Assembly: GCF_006345805.1 (NCBI RefSeq) | Contig: NC_043003.1 | Span: 44,640,001 to 44,704,000, forward strand | Origin: Octopus sinensis | Taxonomy: Eukaryota | DNA: 64,000 nt | Direction: 5' to 3' | Shown: positions 27,355 to 41,100 of the stretch, piece by piece | How the letters are laid out: each line of letters starts with the position of its first letter | Position numbering within the stretch: the first letter of the stretch is position 1 | The notes under the pieces: model-generated | Seen by the model: the letters and a program-made list of their open reading frames with translations, nothing else | Told to the model about the DNA's origin: nothing | Databases searched by the model: none | Made by a program: the position numbers and the translations under genes

Positions 27355-28084
27355 AGATAGACTTGCTAGTAACGGATGGGTATTCACGTAAGTTTTCTAC
27401 TACCTTTTTAAAAGCTTGAATCACCATGTAATATATTAAGCAATACACTCACTTTTGGTTACAAATCTATTAAGACAGAACCATATCAACAGTTAAACAA
27501 CATTAATAACGAATAATACCCCATGAATTTCGATGCAATTCCCTATAGTATGATTCAACAAGCTTTGTAAATTCAGCAATAAATTAAAAACAAGGGCCAA
27601 TGATTTTTACGAAGTCAGAATATTTTGTTGATTCAAAGAGAAAACCCTAACAAGAATTAGATTCGGCATTAAATTTTAGTTAACTACTTTTTAAATCATA
27701 TTCCTATGCTTATAATCTTGTATCTTATTCACAACTGTTATGAAAGTTAATATCTTAATTTCAAAATATGATGGAGATTAAAATTAATTTGAAATATAAA
27801 CAATGGATGACCTATATTTATGTAAACATCTACACATACCGAAATATATAATCTTAATTTCCGTTCTATGTTATAAGGCACGACAACTTGTCCTTCTCCG
27901 GTTTCAGTAGCGTAACCATTTTTTCTTAGAGACGTGAGTGCTAACCTCTTACTGAACAACGTTCCATTTAAGGGGAATGGAATAATGTCGATCCTGTGAG
28001 TAACATAACTTTTTACTGTACCGCGCAACAGTTTCACACAACCGCAACAAGCACAGGGGGAGACGGGGAAGAGATGACGAGGAG

Positions 28085-28111
28085 GAGAAGAGCAGTCGGA
28101 GAGGGAAAGAA

Positions 28112-28143
<32 letters not shown>

Positions 28144-28430
28144 AAAAAGAGAAGAAGAAGAAGAAGAAGAAGAAGAAGAAGAAGAGATGAAGAAGAAGAA
28201 AAAGAAGAGGAAGATGAAAAAAGAGAAGAAGAAGAAGAAAGAGAAGAAGAAGAAAGAAAAAGAAGAAGAAGAAAGAGAAGAAGACAAAGAAGAAGGAGAA
28301 GAAGAAGAAAGATAAGAAGAAGAAGAAAGAGAAGAAGACAAAGAAGAAGAAGAAGAAGAAGAAGAAGAAGAAGAAAGAGGAGGAGGAGAATGAGGAGGAG
28401 GTGGAGCAGGACGACGACGAGGAGGAATCA
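28085..28430. repeat. Degenerate (GAA)n/(GGA)n polypurine tract
   Basis: About 340 bp almost entirely purine on the + strand. Confidence 0.95.
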
Positions 28431-29168
28431 GGAACACTACTGATTTCAAAATGAGATGAAGTGAAAGTGAAAAAAGCCAGACTAAATATTTCAGGTTATG
28501 CAATCCAAAGCGTTAAATAATCTGCCAATCGTCGCCTTAAGATTAAATTTCAACCCTTCATTAATTAATGCATAATAAGAATATAATCCAATTATAAAAT
28601 TTAAGACGTTTCCCTATCGGCCATACTGATCAAGAGTAACTCTTATCGTACTTGTAGCATTGTTTTTAAGCATAAATACAATTTGCATAGTCTTTCACTA
28701 TCAATAATATTAAACATTACCTTAGTTAAAGATACTAACGGTATTATTAGAAGTAATATTTGAATGTGAAAGATATTTGCTCACGAACCTTTCGCTTCTC
28801 CATAGAACCATCTTCTGAAGAACAAAGTAGTGAAACAGTCGAAAATTGAAAAAAATATGCGTCCTAATAAATGCTTTAAAGGGTTGAGTTCTATACTAAT
28901 ATTGACAAGTAGCTTCAACTAGATGTACATTGAGTGAAAAATCTTTAAGTGAGATTGTATTTTAACAAGCATCCACTTGTCAGTACATTGCTTACAGTCA
29001 TAATACTTGATAAACTTATATATTGTCACCGAAACAAAGCGCTTGCTTCTGTAAGCGTAAAACCTAGACTTTCTATACTATCTCAAAAAGAACATTTTGA
29101 AATTTAGCGACACCACAGAAACTATCTACACACACACACACACCACACACACATACACACACACATAT

Positions 29169-29233
<65 letters not shown>

Positions 29234-29314
29234 TATATAGGAGCAGTTAAACTCCAAACCCCTAATAGTTGTAATTCTGAAATGAAAAGAGAAATAAAAA
29301 CGTTTACCCTATCT

Positions 29315-29403
29315 TTCCTGGACTATGCCTAGTTTCGGCAATTTTTTGCAAATAAAATAAAATTATTTTAATTTACGATTGACGTTGCCATCTTCAGCAG
29401 GAA
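29315..29403 (-). ncRNA. Type I hammerhead ribozyme motif (left arm)
   Basis: Minus strand: stem I TTCCTG/CAGGAA, core CTGAAGA plus an extra T, stem II GGCAA/TTGCC around a 43-nt loop, GAAA, stem III ACTA-GGCA-TAGT, GUC. Predicted cut between 29321 and 29320. Confidence 0.75.
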
Positions 29404-29668
29404 GCTAAGTCTAGCATATAGGCACGAGGCGATAAGGACCATGCCTCGAGTCTGTATACTATAACTTTTCAAAATCCACCACGCTCGCGTGGTTTTTCAG
29501 CAGTAAATATAACTGCCAATATAATTTCAAAATTAGCCAAAAAATCCTTTTATCATTAATTAATAAATTTTAGGGTAGCAAAAAAAGTTCTATGTGGATT
29601 TTGAAAAGATATAGCATATATACTCGAGGCATGGTCCTCATCACCTCGTGCCTATATGCTAACTTGTC

Positions 29669-29779
29669 TTCCTGCTGAAGATGGCAACGCCAATCGTAAT
29701 TAAAATAATTTTATTTTATTTACAAAAGTAATTTTATTTTATTTACAAAAGATTGCCGAAACTATGCATAGTCTAGTAA
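29669..29779 (+). ncRNA. Type I hammerhead ribozyme motif (right arm, weakened stem I)
   Basis: TTCCTG CTGAAGA T GGCAA...TTGCC GAA ACTATGCATAGT C TAGTAA. Stem III is a perfect 12-nt palindrome; stem I has two substitutions relative to the left arm. Confidence 0.6.
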
Positions 29780-30175
29780 AGATAGGGTAGACGTTTTTAT
29801 TTCTCTTTCCATTTCAGAATTACAACTATTATTGGTTTGGAGTTTAACTGCTCTTTCTAGTGAGTTAGATGTCCTATTATGGCCATCTCTTATGTGTTTA
29901 AATGTATATTATATAATCTATTGACTATTTTTTCTTCTCGCTAGACCACTGGTAGCGGAGAATTTTCTAGAATTTCTTTTTGCCACCCTAAAATGTATTA
30001 ATATGTATATATGTGTGTGTCTGTCTCTCTGTTTGTTTGTGGCTATATCGATGTATAAGTCCATTTATATATATATCTTTTAGTGAATATATTTTTGAAA
30101 GTGTGTGTATGTGAGTGTAAATGTATGTAGGTATTTATATACGTATGCATGTATATATGTGTATATGCATGTATT

Positions 30176-30244
<69 letters not shown>

Positions 30245-31670
30245 AGATATATATATATACTTATTCAACAAACATTTGTCGTTTCAGTGCTATCGATCAT
30301 ATCCGCATCTTGAAAATTTACATGCTGTATAAGGTTAACAGAAGTTAATTTATATATATAAATATAGATAATTTATATATATGAAAACTGTTATTACATT
30401 AAGATAACCATTGATCCTATTACATATATGACTTCCAGGAATATCTTTGCTCACGAATCTTTTACAAATTTCAAGCCATATTTAAATGTAATTCTCCAAA
30501 TTAATCCTTGTATAAGTAGTACATATATATAATGTATTCACTGATTTGTGTGTGTGTTTAATCTTTTTTACGCTTCAAGCCATGGCCATTGCTAAATTGA
30601 AACATGAAGGGATTTATTGCATATCGGCTACAGAAGAGATCTGATAGTCATTCAAATTCATCTCAATTTATTGAAAAACTTAATGTAGTTTTATGACAAA
30701 TGCGTGAAATAACTTTACCTCTTATGATATTTATATAGAAATGGCGCTTATTTGAAATCGTACCTTTCGTTGGGTCTCTACATTACTGTAGGTATTTTTT
30801 CTGCAATGTATTACTTATGTACCTATCTGTATATCTATAAAACTACAACAATTTTCATCAAGAATCTACTGAATTATTAGCCGTTTCAAATTCCATAGTA
30901 ATGTTTATTTCCTAAGATTCACAAACAAAATAAATTTCAATCAATGATTTAATATACTAAACAATTTAACAGCTTAAATTTTTACGTAAGAAAGACTGCG
31001 AAGTGGAATCTTTGAAAGAATTCTCCTATATTGTAAAAATGATATAAGCAGAATTCTGAATTCCATGGTCATAAAGATTTGTCACTATAGGTCTAAAATA
31101 GACGCAAATATATATTGAACGCTTACATTCACAATTAATAAGCCAACAGAGTAAAAGACATATGACATCACATAAATTGCCGTTGTATGTACGATACTAA
31201 GGATTTTACGTACGTGTGTGTGTGTTTGCGTGTGTATATATATATATATAAAATATAGATATATACACAATAACGAATATACGTATATGGATTATTTGTA
31301 AATGTGCATATATGCATATTATATATCTGTATACGTATATTGTACATGTACATATGCATATACATATGCAATAAAAAATTAGCACATATTTCTTAAGAAC
31401 ATTATTCAAGTAGTACTGTGACTCTAACTGAAGTAGATCAAATGCTCTTAGTTTTAAGTATAGCGATTAACACAAGTAGGAATTATTTCTAAAGAATGGC
31501 GGTATTTTACTTCATATTCAAGTTTATAAGTCTATGCATGTAAGTACATTATTTACAAAACTGTATATGTGTGCGTGTGTGCGTGTGTGTGTGTGTGTGC
31601 ATGTTTGCATGTATGTATGTGAATATATATAAATGTATATATACACATACACAAACATACACACATACAA

Positions 31671-31706
<36 letters not shown>

Positions 31707-31808
31707 CTACATATGTATATATTTACATATATGTGTGTGTATGTATGTATGTATGTATATATATGTAATGTATTATCATGTGGATGTGTGCTATGTGCTC
31801 ATACATCA

Positions 31809-31846
<38 letters not shown>

Positions 31847-32254
31847 TCATAACTCTGCCTTATTATATGTTTCTAATAGCTGAGTCGCTTGGGGTAGACG
31901 TCAGTTAGCTCTTTATTCAATCTTATAAAAATGACTAATTGAATATGCACACGAATCAGAATTATAAATATACATCGACGTTAAAATTCTCGAAATGGCA
32001 CTTCACTTCTATAAACTTCCTTAATCGGGCTGTCGTCACTCTGCCTATTCCAGCTCTTAATCTGATGTGTAATTTCAAATGGCATTGTAAAATCGTTCAC
32101 AATCATTTAGAGACGTAAATTAAATGACAGAAAATTGCGGCAATAAATCCTTTTTTAAGACATTCGACATGATTTTCCTTTTAATTCCCGTCTGGTTTTG
32201 TAGGATATGTCGTGAATGATTTGTCATTAAAAAAACGTGGAGATACGCGTGTGC

Positions 32255-32309
<55 letters not shown>

Positions 32310-33119
32310 ATATATATATAAAGGGAAGGAGAAAGAGAGAGGGAGCAGTGACAAGAGAAACAATATATAACTGAAATAATTACTATAAACTAAAATATTG
32401 ATAATTTTTAGACAAATGGGCCAAGTACTATTAGTTTTCATACGAGAAAATAGAGTTCATGACATTGATGGTTTTCCAAAGAACATAAATATCATAACTA
32501 TATTAAACTGGTTTCACACTGAAATCGAACACTGGCTACTGTCATAGAATTTAACTCGTATATGTATTAATATTATGTCATTTTATTATTCTAACTGGCG
32601 CATTCTGTTACACATTCTATTCTTAGACAGCACACGCGTTCGTTAAAATGTGCAGAAGTTCTTGGATTCGTGAGATTACATTTTAGATGTATTGGAAGTA
32701 CGGAGTGGATTATGCAACCGGCTGTTGTAATTGTATAGAAAGGGAATTAGAATTTCATTAGCAAATGATGAACAGACACATGCGTCTCTGATTATATACG
32801 TGCTAGTACGAAAGAGTACAACTCATTCTATCATAAGGATCTCAAAAGACTCCATATAAGATATTGAAGAAATCATTGCTAATCAAAGAAAAAAAGTGTT
32901 TCCAACACTATGACTTCTAGGATCATGTCAATAGATCATTGACATGTAAAAGACAAGGGAATATCTTCAGTATTGTTTCAAAATAGAGTTAGTATTAAAC
33001 ACAATTACAATTGTACACTGTTTTCTGTATTTCGAAAGCCTGTCACATTGCATCTTTTGCTTCTATTTTTCATAGTTTATTAACATTCCTTTGAAAATAA
33101 ACACAAGCATGCGCACTTA

Positions 33120-34918
33120 CACAAATATATTCGAACACAAATTAAGACGAGCGCTTTTTTTATATACATTTTTAATCTACATTATATTGAAGCCTAAAAA
33201 GTGGGTCGTCTTATACGATAAATATAAAATTGTGAACAATTATTACTAAAGGATAACCAAGTGAAACCACCTAACACTCATTGTGCACCACTCAAACTCT
33301 AGCATTCCACCACAATTATTTCCCACTGAAACACATGTTTCTTAAATATATTTTGCATAGAAAAACACCATATTATATCACAATTATTTACACATACTAT
33401 ATTGCAGTAGCTGAAAGCAGAGAAATGCAAACCTGCCATTCGCGAATGGTAATCGTCGTACCAGTGGTACCGTGAACACAAAGCGGCCAGCTGTTGAACT
33501 CTGCATTCGTGGAGAGCTATCGTGTCATCTTCTATACTATGGTACAGGCTTCAAGCTATCGTACAATCTTCGAAGTATCGTACATAATTTGAAACTACTA
33601 AACTACCAAATAACCAAACGATCTTATTTACCTATAGATACATGTAACGGCATGAAACCTAGCCAACTGTCGATAACATCTATACCAGATACCAGAACGG
33701 ACGACGAGGGATTCAAAATAAAAGTTATAGAATTTGTCAAGGGCTCCAATAATAATTGTACAGCTGCAAGAGAATTTGGCGTCAGCGAAAAGTTGGTGCG
33801 TGACCGGAGAATGATTGAAACGTCTTTAAAGGGAATGTCAAGAAAAAAAATGTACCGTGAGGACAGTCATGTCAATGTGGAAAATCGGAGGACATGTGAC
33901 AGATTGGGTACAGGAACCAAGTTAAAATGGCTATGCTCTCAGTAGAATTGCTATATGTGTTTATGCCCGTAAGTGGGCCAAAACTCACCCTGACCTAAGA
34001 AAACATTTTGTGGGATCAGCAAGATGGTGCACTAGATTCATGAATAAGCAAGTCCTAGTGCTGCATGAAAAGACAGGGATAGTCCAAAGCATACCAGAAG
34101 AATCTAATACCAAAATTTTGCTATTGGATTGAGAAAACAACACAATTTTTCTTTATCACAAACTGCTGATATGAATGAAATTCCAGTAAATTTTTATATG
34201 ATTAGCATCAAAACACGAGATGTAAAAAAAGACTAACACTTTAAAATTTACAAGGTTCGAAGAAACAAGATTCACAGTTGTACTCTCATGCATGTCTGAT
34301 GAAACGAAGCTGAAAATTATGGTTATATTTAAGCGAAAATTGACGCCTAAAATAATATTTCGTCCGGTTGTGTTCGTTCACATTTACCTACAAGGGTGGA
34401 TAAATGAAAATCGTGTGAAGCTGTGGTTAGAAAAGGAATTAACGACTCGGAGGCCTTCGCAAAGCGCACAATCTTTCGGCGTGAAGAAAGTTTAGATCTC
34501 ATCTGACGACTAACATTAAAAATCATTTGCTAAGAAGTAACACCGAAATTTCCGTTATACCTGGAGGGTTAATATCTGTCCTCCAGATGTGTCTTTTAAG
34601 CAGCCATTCAAAGAAAACATGCGTGAACAGTAGAAGTGGGTGATGGAGGCTCTAAAAACATTCACAAAAGGTGGAAGTATAGGTGCTGCTTCTCTTGATA
34701 ATTTGTGTAGATTTGTTATAAATGCAAGGGATTCGATTAAAACAAACCGTTAACAAATCATTTAAAAATGTGGGATATCCACCTCAGTGGATGGCATGGA
34801 AGATGGCATACTGTAGCAGGATAATTATAATGATGACGACTCAACTGATGGTGATGAATTAAACGAGGGGGATCCGTAGGACGATACAATGATTGATGCA
34901 ACATTAAGGTTTTTGTCA

Positions 34919-34950
<32 letters not shown>

Positions 34951-35232
34951 GGTAGAGAAATTTGAAAGCTTTCACAATATTAACATGTTTTAATAATAAA
35001 ATAAATAATAATGTGAGTATCTCTGAAACAAACTCATAAAACTTTACAAACTGTTAAAATTTCTTCACATGTATTTTATTTTACAACAATTTTGTGCTGC
35101 CTCATTTTCTTTTTGGGGGGCGGGGAGGGGGATCGTTTTATCCAGCGAATATAAGCATAAACTTGTATAATACATTCAGAATTGTAAAGGTCAACTTCTA
35201 TGTAAGGTCGGCTTATACGCTGACATATACGG
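33120..35232 (+). mobile_element. Decayed pogo-family DNA transposon
   Basis: N-terminal HTH-like DEGFKIKVIEFVKGSNNNCTAAREFGVSEKLVRD (~33700-33810); DDE_1-like DETKLKIMVIFKRKLTPK...GWINENRVKLWLEK (34292-34440); downstream SVIPGGL...PFK motif; right TIR-like GGTCGGCTTATACGCTGACATATACGG at ~35206-35232. Many stops and frameshifts. Confidence 0.75.
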
Positions 35233-35600
35233 CTCGGTATTGCAACAAGGCCTGGTAATGCATCATAGCCTGATACTGCACCAGGGCCTCGAACTGCTTT
35301 AGGTTACTGAACTGTATCAGGTTGCTGAACTGCATCAGGATATCAGACTGCATCAGGGCCTCAAACTGCATCAGGGCGTCAAGCTGCATCAGTTCACTTA
35401 ACTGCATCAGGGAACCAAATTGCATCAGGACACTAAAGTGTATCAGGTCACTAATGTGTATCACGACGCTAAACTGCATCAAGTTGAACTGCAAAATGGA
35501 ACTAAAATGTATCAGGGCACTAAAGTGCATCAGGTCACCAAAGTGCATCACGGCACTAAACTGCATCTGGGCACTAAGCTGCATCGGGGCACTAAACTAA
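35231..35600. repeat. Diverged 18-bp minisatellite, about 21 units, consensus GGCACTAAACTGCATCAG
   Basis: Units stay in register throughout except one 15-bp unit; minus-strand frame 35213..35584 is open (LMQFSA-type hexapeptides). Confidence 0.9.
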
Positions 35601-38102
35601 ATTGTGCATCAGATGGAGCACTGAATTACAAGTATGCACTAACTGATGGGCTTCCCTAGGAATTGAGATGCTACTGAAGTCAGTTGAAAACACTGTAACA
35701 GGACTCATGCAAGGTGTTAGAAATTGAGGCTATATCGTTGCAGTTAAAATGTGTTTGTCTCCACTTATTTGCATATGTCTACAGAAATTATATGTAAAAC
35801 ATACATTAGACAGTGTAAAATGGGTTTTTTTTGAGAAAAAGGAGATACTAAAAGTGTTGAAGCATAAAACAAATCAATAACCTCTGACTTCAGAGAAACT
35901 GTAAACTGTAGTAAAAAATATCAGAAGGAGAAATAACAATGGGAACAGGAAACAAATATAGCCACAAAAAATATGTCTGCAGAAAAGAAGGCTACTTTGG
36001 AGAAACTTTCTTTCATCGCTACAATTTTTTTTTGGGGGGGGGACTTCACTATACATTCGTCGTTCAAACTTAAGCATTGCAATAGAGTTGTTCATTCCAA
36101 GAGGCCAACAATTCCTGGTTGTGGAGGAGCTTGTAAGGCCTAGATGCCATATTTATAGTGTCGATACGAGATGACCAAAACTGAACGGGCTGAACTTGGC
36201 TCCTTGACCAATCTTTCATTAGTTGTTTTCACTGGAAAAGTAAACAGAAATAGATTTTGGAAATGTTGCTTTCTGGTAAATTCTTTGAAAGTTCGATGAG
36301 AGCGTGTATACGGTTCGCGAGATCGAGTTTGTTGTAAGCACGCGCCTTTTTAGCATTGGAGCAGCAGAGCTTGGAGATAGGCATTGCTTTAGCAGCGAGG
36401 TTTAGGTGGATTTCTATGATTTTCTGAGTATGCTTTTGGAGGTCACCAGCTCCTGAGTAATTATCCACTTTTAACATTTTCTGTATTTGTGCTTATCTAT
36501 ATAAAGTCACACGTAAAATCCTTACTGATTCAAAACACACTAATATCCTTAATTTTTTCCTTCACACCAGAATGCTTACATTATTGATTTTTAAAACTAT
36601 TTACATCCATTCTGTGACATATTGCGTTCTTTAATTTTTCTGTTAAATTTTAACTTTTTTGTTTTCTAGTCTATTTATACATTCTAAATCATATGGGTAC
36701 AGCGAATAGGTGAACAATTTTGTATAAATCTCCCAAGAATGTATGTAAACCTTGTGGCTTTGAACATATGTTTGTATGTACATTTTTATTAAATTTTCCA
36801 GGTATAACTCTTATTTTAGTGATTTAAATTTTTCAACTTATGGTCATTGCTACTTCAAGGATTTTATGCCTGCGTAATTTCCAGATATATTTTTGCGAAA
36901 TACTATCATCTATTGAGGGTGCTACGGCAATAACAACAATCCGCTCTTCCTGCTTGTAAATGAAAACATCTTTCATTCAATAAGATTTAATCACAAATGC
37001 TATGTAAGATTGGTGCTGGAAACACATCGTCGTCAATATCCTATATATCCACTTCTACTTTTGTCATCACCGTTATAGTCATGTTGGTTATCACATATAA
37101 TAGAGCAACACGTCAGCGCAGTAGAAAAATAGTTTGACGAACATTTCGAGTTATTAGAAAGGATGATGATGAAATACAGCAGTAATAACGAGAAACAATA
37201 TTTAAGTACAGGGACCAATGTTAGGGACAAGTGATGAATGGTATGACATATGTGTGTTTACTATAAACACACAAACCCACATACGCACGTATATAAACAC
37301 AGATATATATGTATTATATATATATATATATATATATATACATTACACAAATATGCATACATTCATAAATATTTTTATTTGTAATTATGTATGTGTGTAT
37401 GTATATGTGTGAGTGAGTGTGTACGAGCATGTGGGTGTATATGAATGTATGTATGTATACATACAAACACACGCGTTCGTATATAGAAAGAGAAAGTACT
37501 TACAACACATTGTGCTTAATTATTTGACATTTCGCCAAAATTGCCAATTCGATCCATTTGCTTTGAATTCTCACCATATCTACGATATCTAATTGGCCGT
37601 ACAGAATTATATCTACGAATCACCACGTATATCGTAATCAACATTTCCTATTGTAAGAAACTAATGTCAATATAGAAGAAAGAAAAAAATGGTTGTGAGA
37701 GGAAAAGAATGGATGGGAAAGAAAGGGAAAGGGAGAAATAGCAATGAAAAAAATGAAGGGTGAAAAAAACAGATTCTTTGAAGTAAACAATATCGCAATT
37801 TCCATAAAAGTTGTACGCCTTTTGATGTCAGAGAAATGTAGTTCAATCTTATTGCTTCTGACTAATGTGTATTTATCAGTTAAGTGGCATATAAGGAGTT
37901 ATCTATATGAGACGCATACCTAAGTATGTATATATATATATATATATATATATGTATGAGGGGTGTGTGTGTACGTGTGTTGTAGTGTGATGTTCTTGTA
38001 AGGTGTGTGTGTGTGTAAAACTGTGTATGCGTTTGTGGGTGTGTAAATATAGTTAAATGGTAAGAATAATTTACACAAAAAATATATACCTGAGCGCTAA
38101 TG

Positions 38103-38162
<60 letters not shown>

Positions 38163-41100
38163 CATGTATACATATATATACAGACATAGATATATGTATA
38201 TATATATTACCTACATATATATGTATATATATACATGCAAACATAAATATATGTGCGTATGTATAACTATATATACATATACATATATATACACATATAT
38301 ACATATATGTATGTATATAGATATGTGTGTGTGTGTGAACATAAAAAAACGTTTGACTTAGTAGTTCGGCTTCCAATCGAAAGTTCATTGTTTCGATTGA
38401 AGGTCTAGTATATGTGTTGAATCGTTGGGCAAGGAACTAAACTTCCGTTCTCCCCAGTCGACTCAGCTATCAGGAATATGCAATAAGACAGGGCACCCAT
38501 TCAGTGTGAATTTTATGCGGCAGGGTTAATGAGTCAGTACAAAGGTCAAAATCTATATATATCGATGGATTACTGAAAAGTTCCGGCTTTTAAGTGGATT
38601 GCGATAGGCCTGGTTTGAGGCCGAACACTCCAAGTTCTTTTTCAGGGCTTACAAGAAAACCTGAAGGACAACTGAAATGCATGAATCTGAGATTTCTTTT
38701 AGCCGAAGACAGAAACTTTGCAACTACCCTAATGTATATATATTATATGCATACATGTGTGTGTGTGTGTGCATGTGTGTATGAACAGACATTCAGTAAC
38801 TCTATATTGGTTTCAATTGGTGTATGTGTGTTGTATACAGAAATATAGCTGGGTGGGTGAGCTTCACAGTGTATGTGAAAGTATGCACCCGCGAATATGT
38901 AAGTATGTATCAGTGACTTGTCTACTTTTATGCATATATAGATTTACGCATATATCTTGCTATGAAACGTCATTTTATTTATAGGCTAATATAATGAAAT
39001 GCCGTGGTTATCTCGGCTTGATGTGAACAAGCAGCAATTACTCAGATAAGTTATATCGTGAAGAATTCTGCCTGTTTGAGATAACTCCAGTTTTCCTCTT
39101 AAACGAGCGTACATCCAAAAGGCAGATGCGCGCCTACACCTGTATCCACATATCTGTATATATGTGTATGTTTTGTGAATGAGCTTGAGTTCATGTATAT
39201 TTACAATACTGCCGATTATTTTTTCAATTTCTACATTTCAAAAGCGTATTCGTATATTTTATGCAATTCATGAAAAAATATATATATTTAACTAGTACAT
39301 TTATACTTGATCTTCGTTGTAAATTATCCGGGCTACCTATTTTATAATAGGAAGTGTTATAATTTCTGTTAATGTAAATAAATATAACGTAAATAAACCG
39401 AACGTTATAATATATATTCTCAGTGAAAGTACCTGGATATTTAGAAATATAAACACATTTCTTTGTAGAGCAATGGAAGATAACAATGCACTCATTTGCA
39501 GAGGTTATTTGAAACAACACACGATGCTTCAAGCGAGAATATATTGATTGTATATTTTCCCCAGTTTTCTTTCTATATATTTTGTTTACAACATTATTGT
39601 GCACTGACACTAGGAAGTGATATAAAATAAACGTTATATTAATAGGTTCAGTTTAAATGGCAAATCAATGAGAGATTGTATTATTCTAAATTATTTATAA
39701 TAGTTTCAACAGCATGCATGTTAAGGTTTTGAATTCCAAAGACCTCAAAGCATTTCTACGATACTTCTGTGCAGTATATTTCAAAGCTTCGCAGAGGAAA
39801 ATACGTCTCCAAATCGGATTCGTACTGGAACAGTTCTATTGATGCAAGTTGCATGATGTAACTGCAATGTCGGTTCCTCAATTCAGTAACAAGTTTCTAT
39901 CATGTGTACTTGATCTCATAACCAGCCTTGGAGTACTCAATAGATAATCATGGTGGATTGTATACAAAGATTATCTAAAACTAAATCACTTACGCGTTCA
40001 TCATAAGCATCAAAAACATGAGATTCTTTAGGATCAACTATGTCATTCATCACATTCTGAACGTAACAAACAACGCTTGGTTACTGATAATGAAAAGCTG
40101 CGTCAAGAATCAAAAACTTGAAAACTTCAGATTCTGGTGCAATACAGTATTTAATGCTTCAGCGAGAACAAGCCACATTCAGTAATTCGTGTTGTGACAA
40201 AATTTCTGTGAAAACACAAATCACTGTCGTTGACACAGCCGAAATTACAGAAATGTGGATTGCTTGCTGAAATGCTAGCTGCAGTCGATCCGCTAGCTGC
40301 AGTTGATCTGCTACCATTCTATTACTATTTGAAATGGATGTGGTTCCGATGAGAAGTAAAGTGAACTTAATGTACGATTGCAGTTTCCCAAATGGTTCTG
40401 TTTCAAGTTCTTTTTCAGAACTGAAATATTTTAGATTATCATGATCATCATCAGTGAAGTATCAAAATACCAGAATCTTACTTCTGGTGATTTTAGGTGG
40501 ACAGGCAACATATTTGAAAGAAAAAAACTTGAAGATCGGGAGAGAGTAAGTTTCAAAAAGAAAGAATAAACTAATTTTATAGAAGAAAGAGTCACCCTGG
40601 ACTGTTACTAGATAGCAGAAATCACAATGGCAGCCTAATTCTCAATCATTTCAATAGCCACGATTATTTAGCCAAGATATTTGAGTATGTTTCGGATTAA
40701 TTCCATTTGTCACACAATAAATCATAATTTGATGACTTTGATAAGTAACTATGTATCACATTGCTAAGACTTTTAACTATGAATGTATTTCTTATCACTA
40801 TGTAACATTCCTCAGGAGGTAGGTTCATCAGTGTAGCTACAATCATTTTATTTTAAAGAACGTTTGTATATTGTGCATTGTTGAATATTCCAAGGTCTCT
40901 TTTTCTAGTCACGGTCGTAATCTTTCATTCTTAATTAACTACTCGCAATGAAAAACTCAGAACAGAATAGTCTATTCAACAGAACAATCTACAAGATAAG
41001 CTCGTACATATTTCAAATTATATGGTTAACAATGTCTGTTTGTCTATTAATTCACCCTATATATATATGATATAGGTTACAATGCAAGATAATTCCCTCT

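Larger units (their letters stand above)
29241..29853. mobile_element. Foldback element: inverted pair of Penelope-like pLTR-type arms, each with a hammerhead
   Basis: Arms 29241-29479 and 29594-29853 are reverse complements (GAGCAGTTAAACTCCAAACC vs GGTTTGGAGTTTAACTGCTC) around a 114-bp spacer. The right arm has a 23-bp tandem duplication (29706-29751). The left end abuts (TA)n. Confidence 0.75.
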
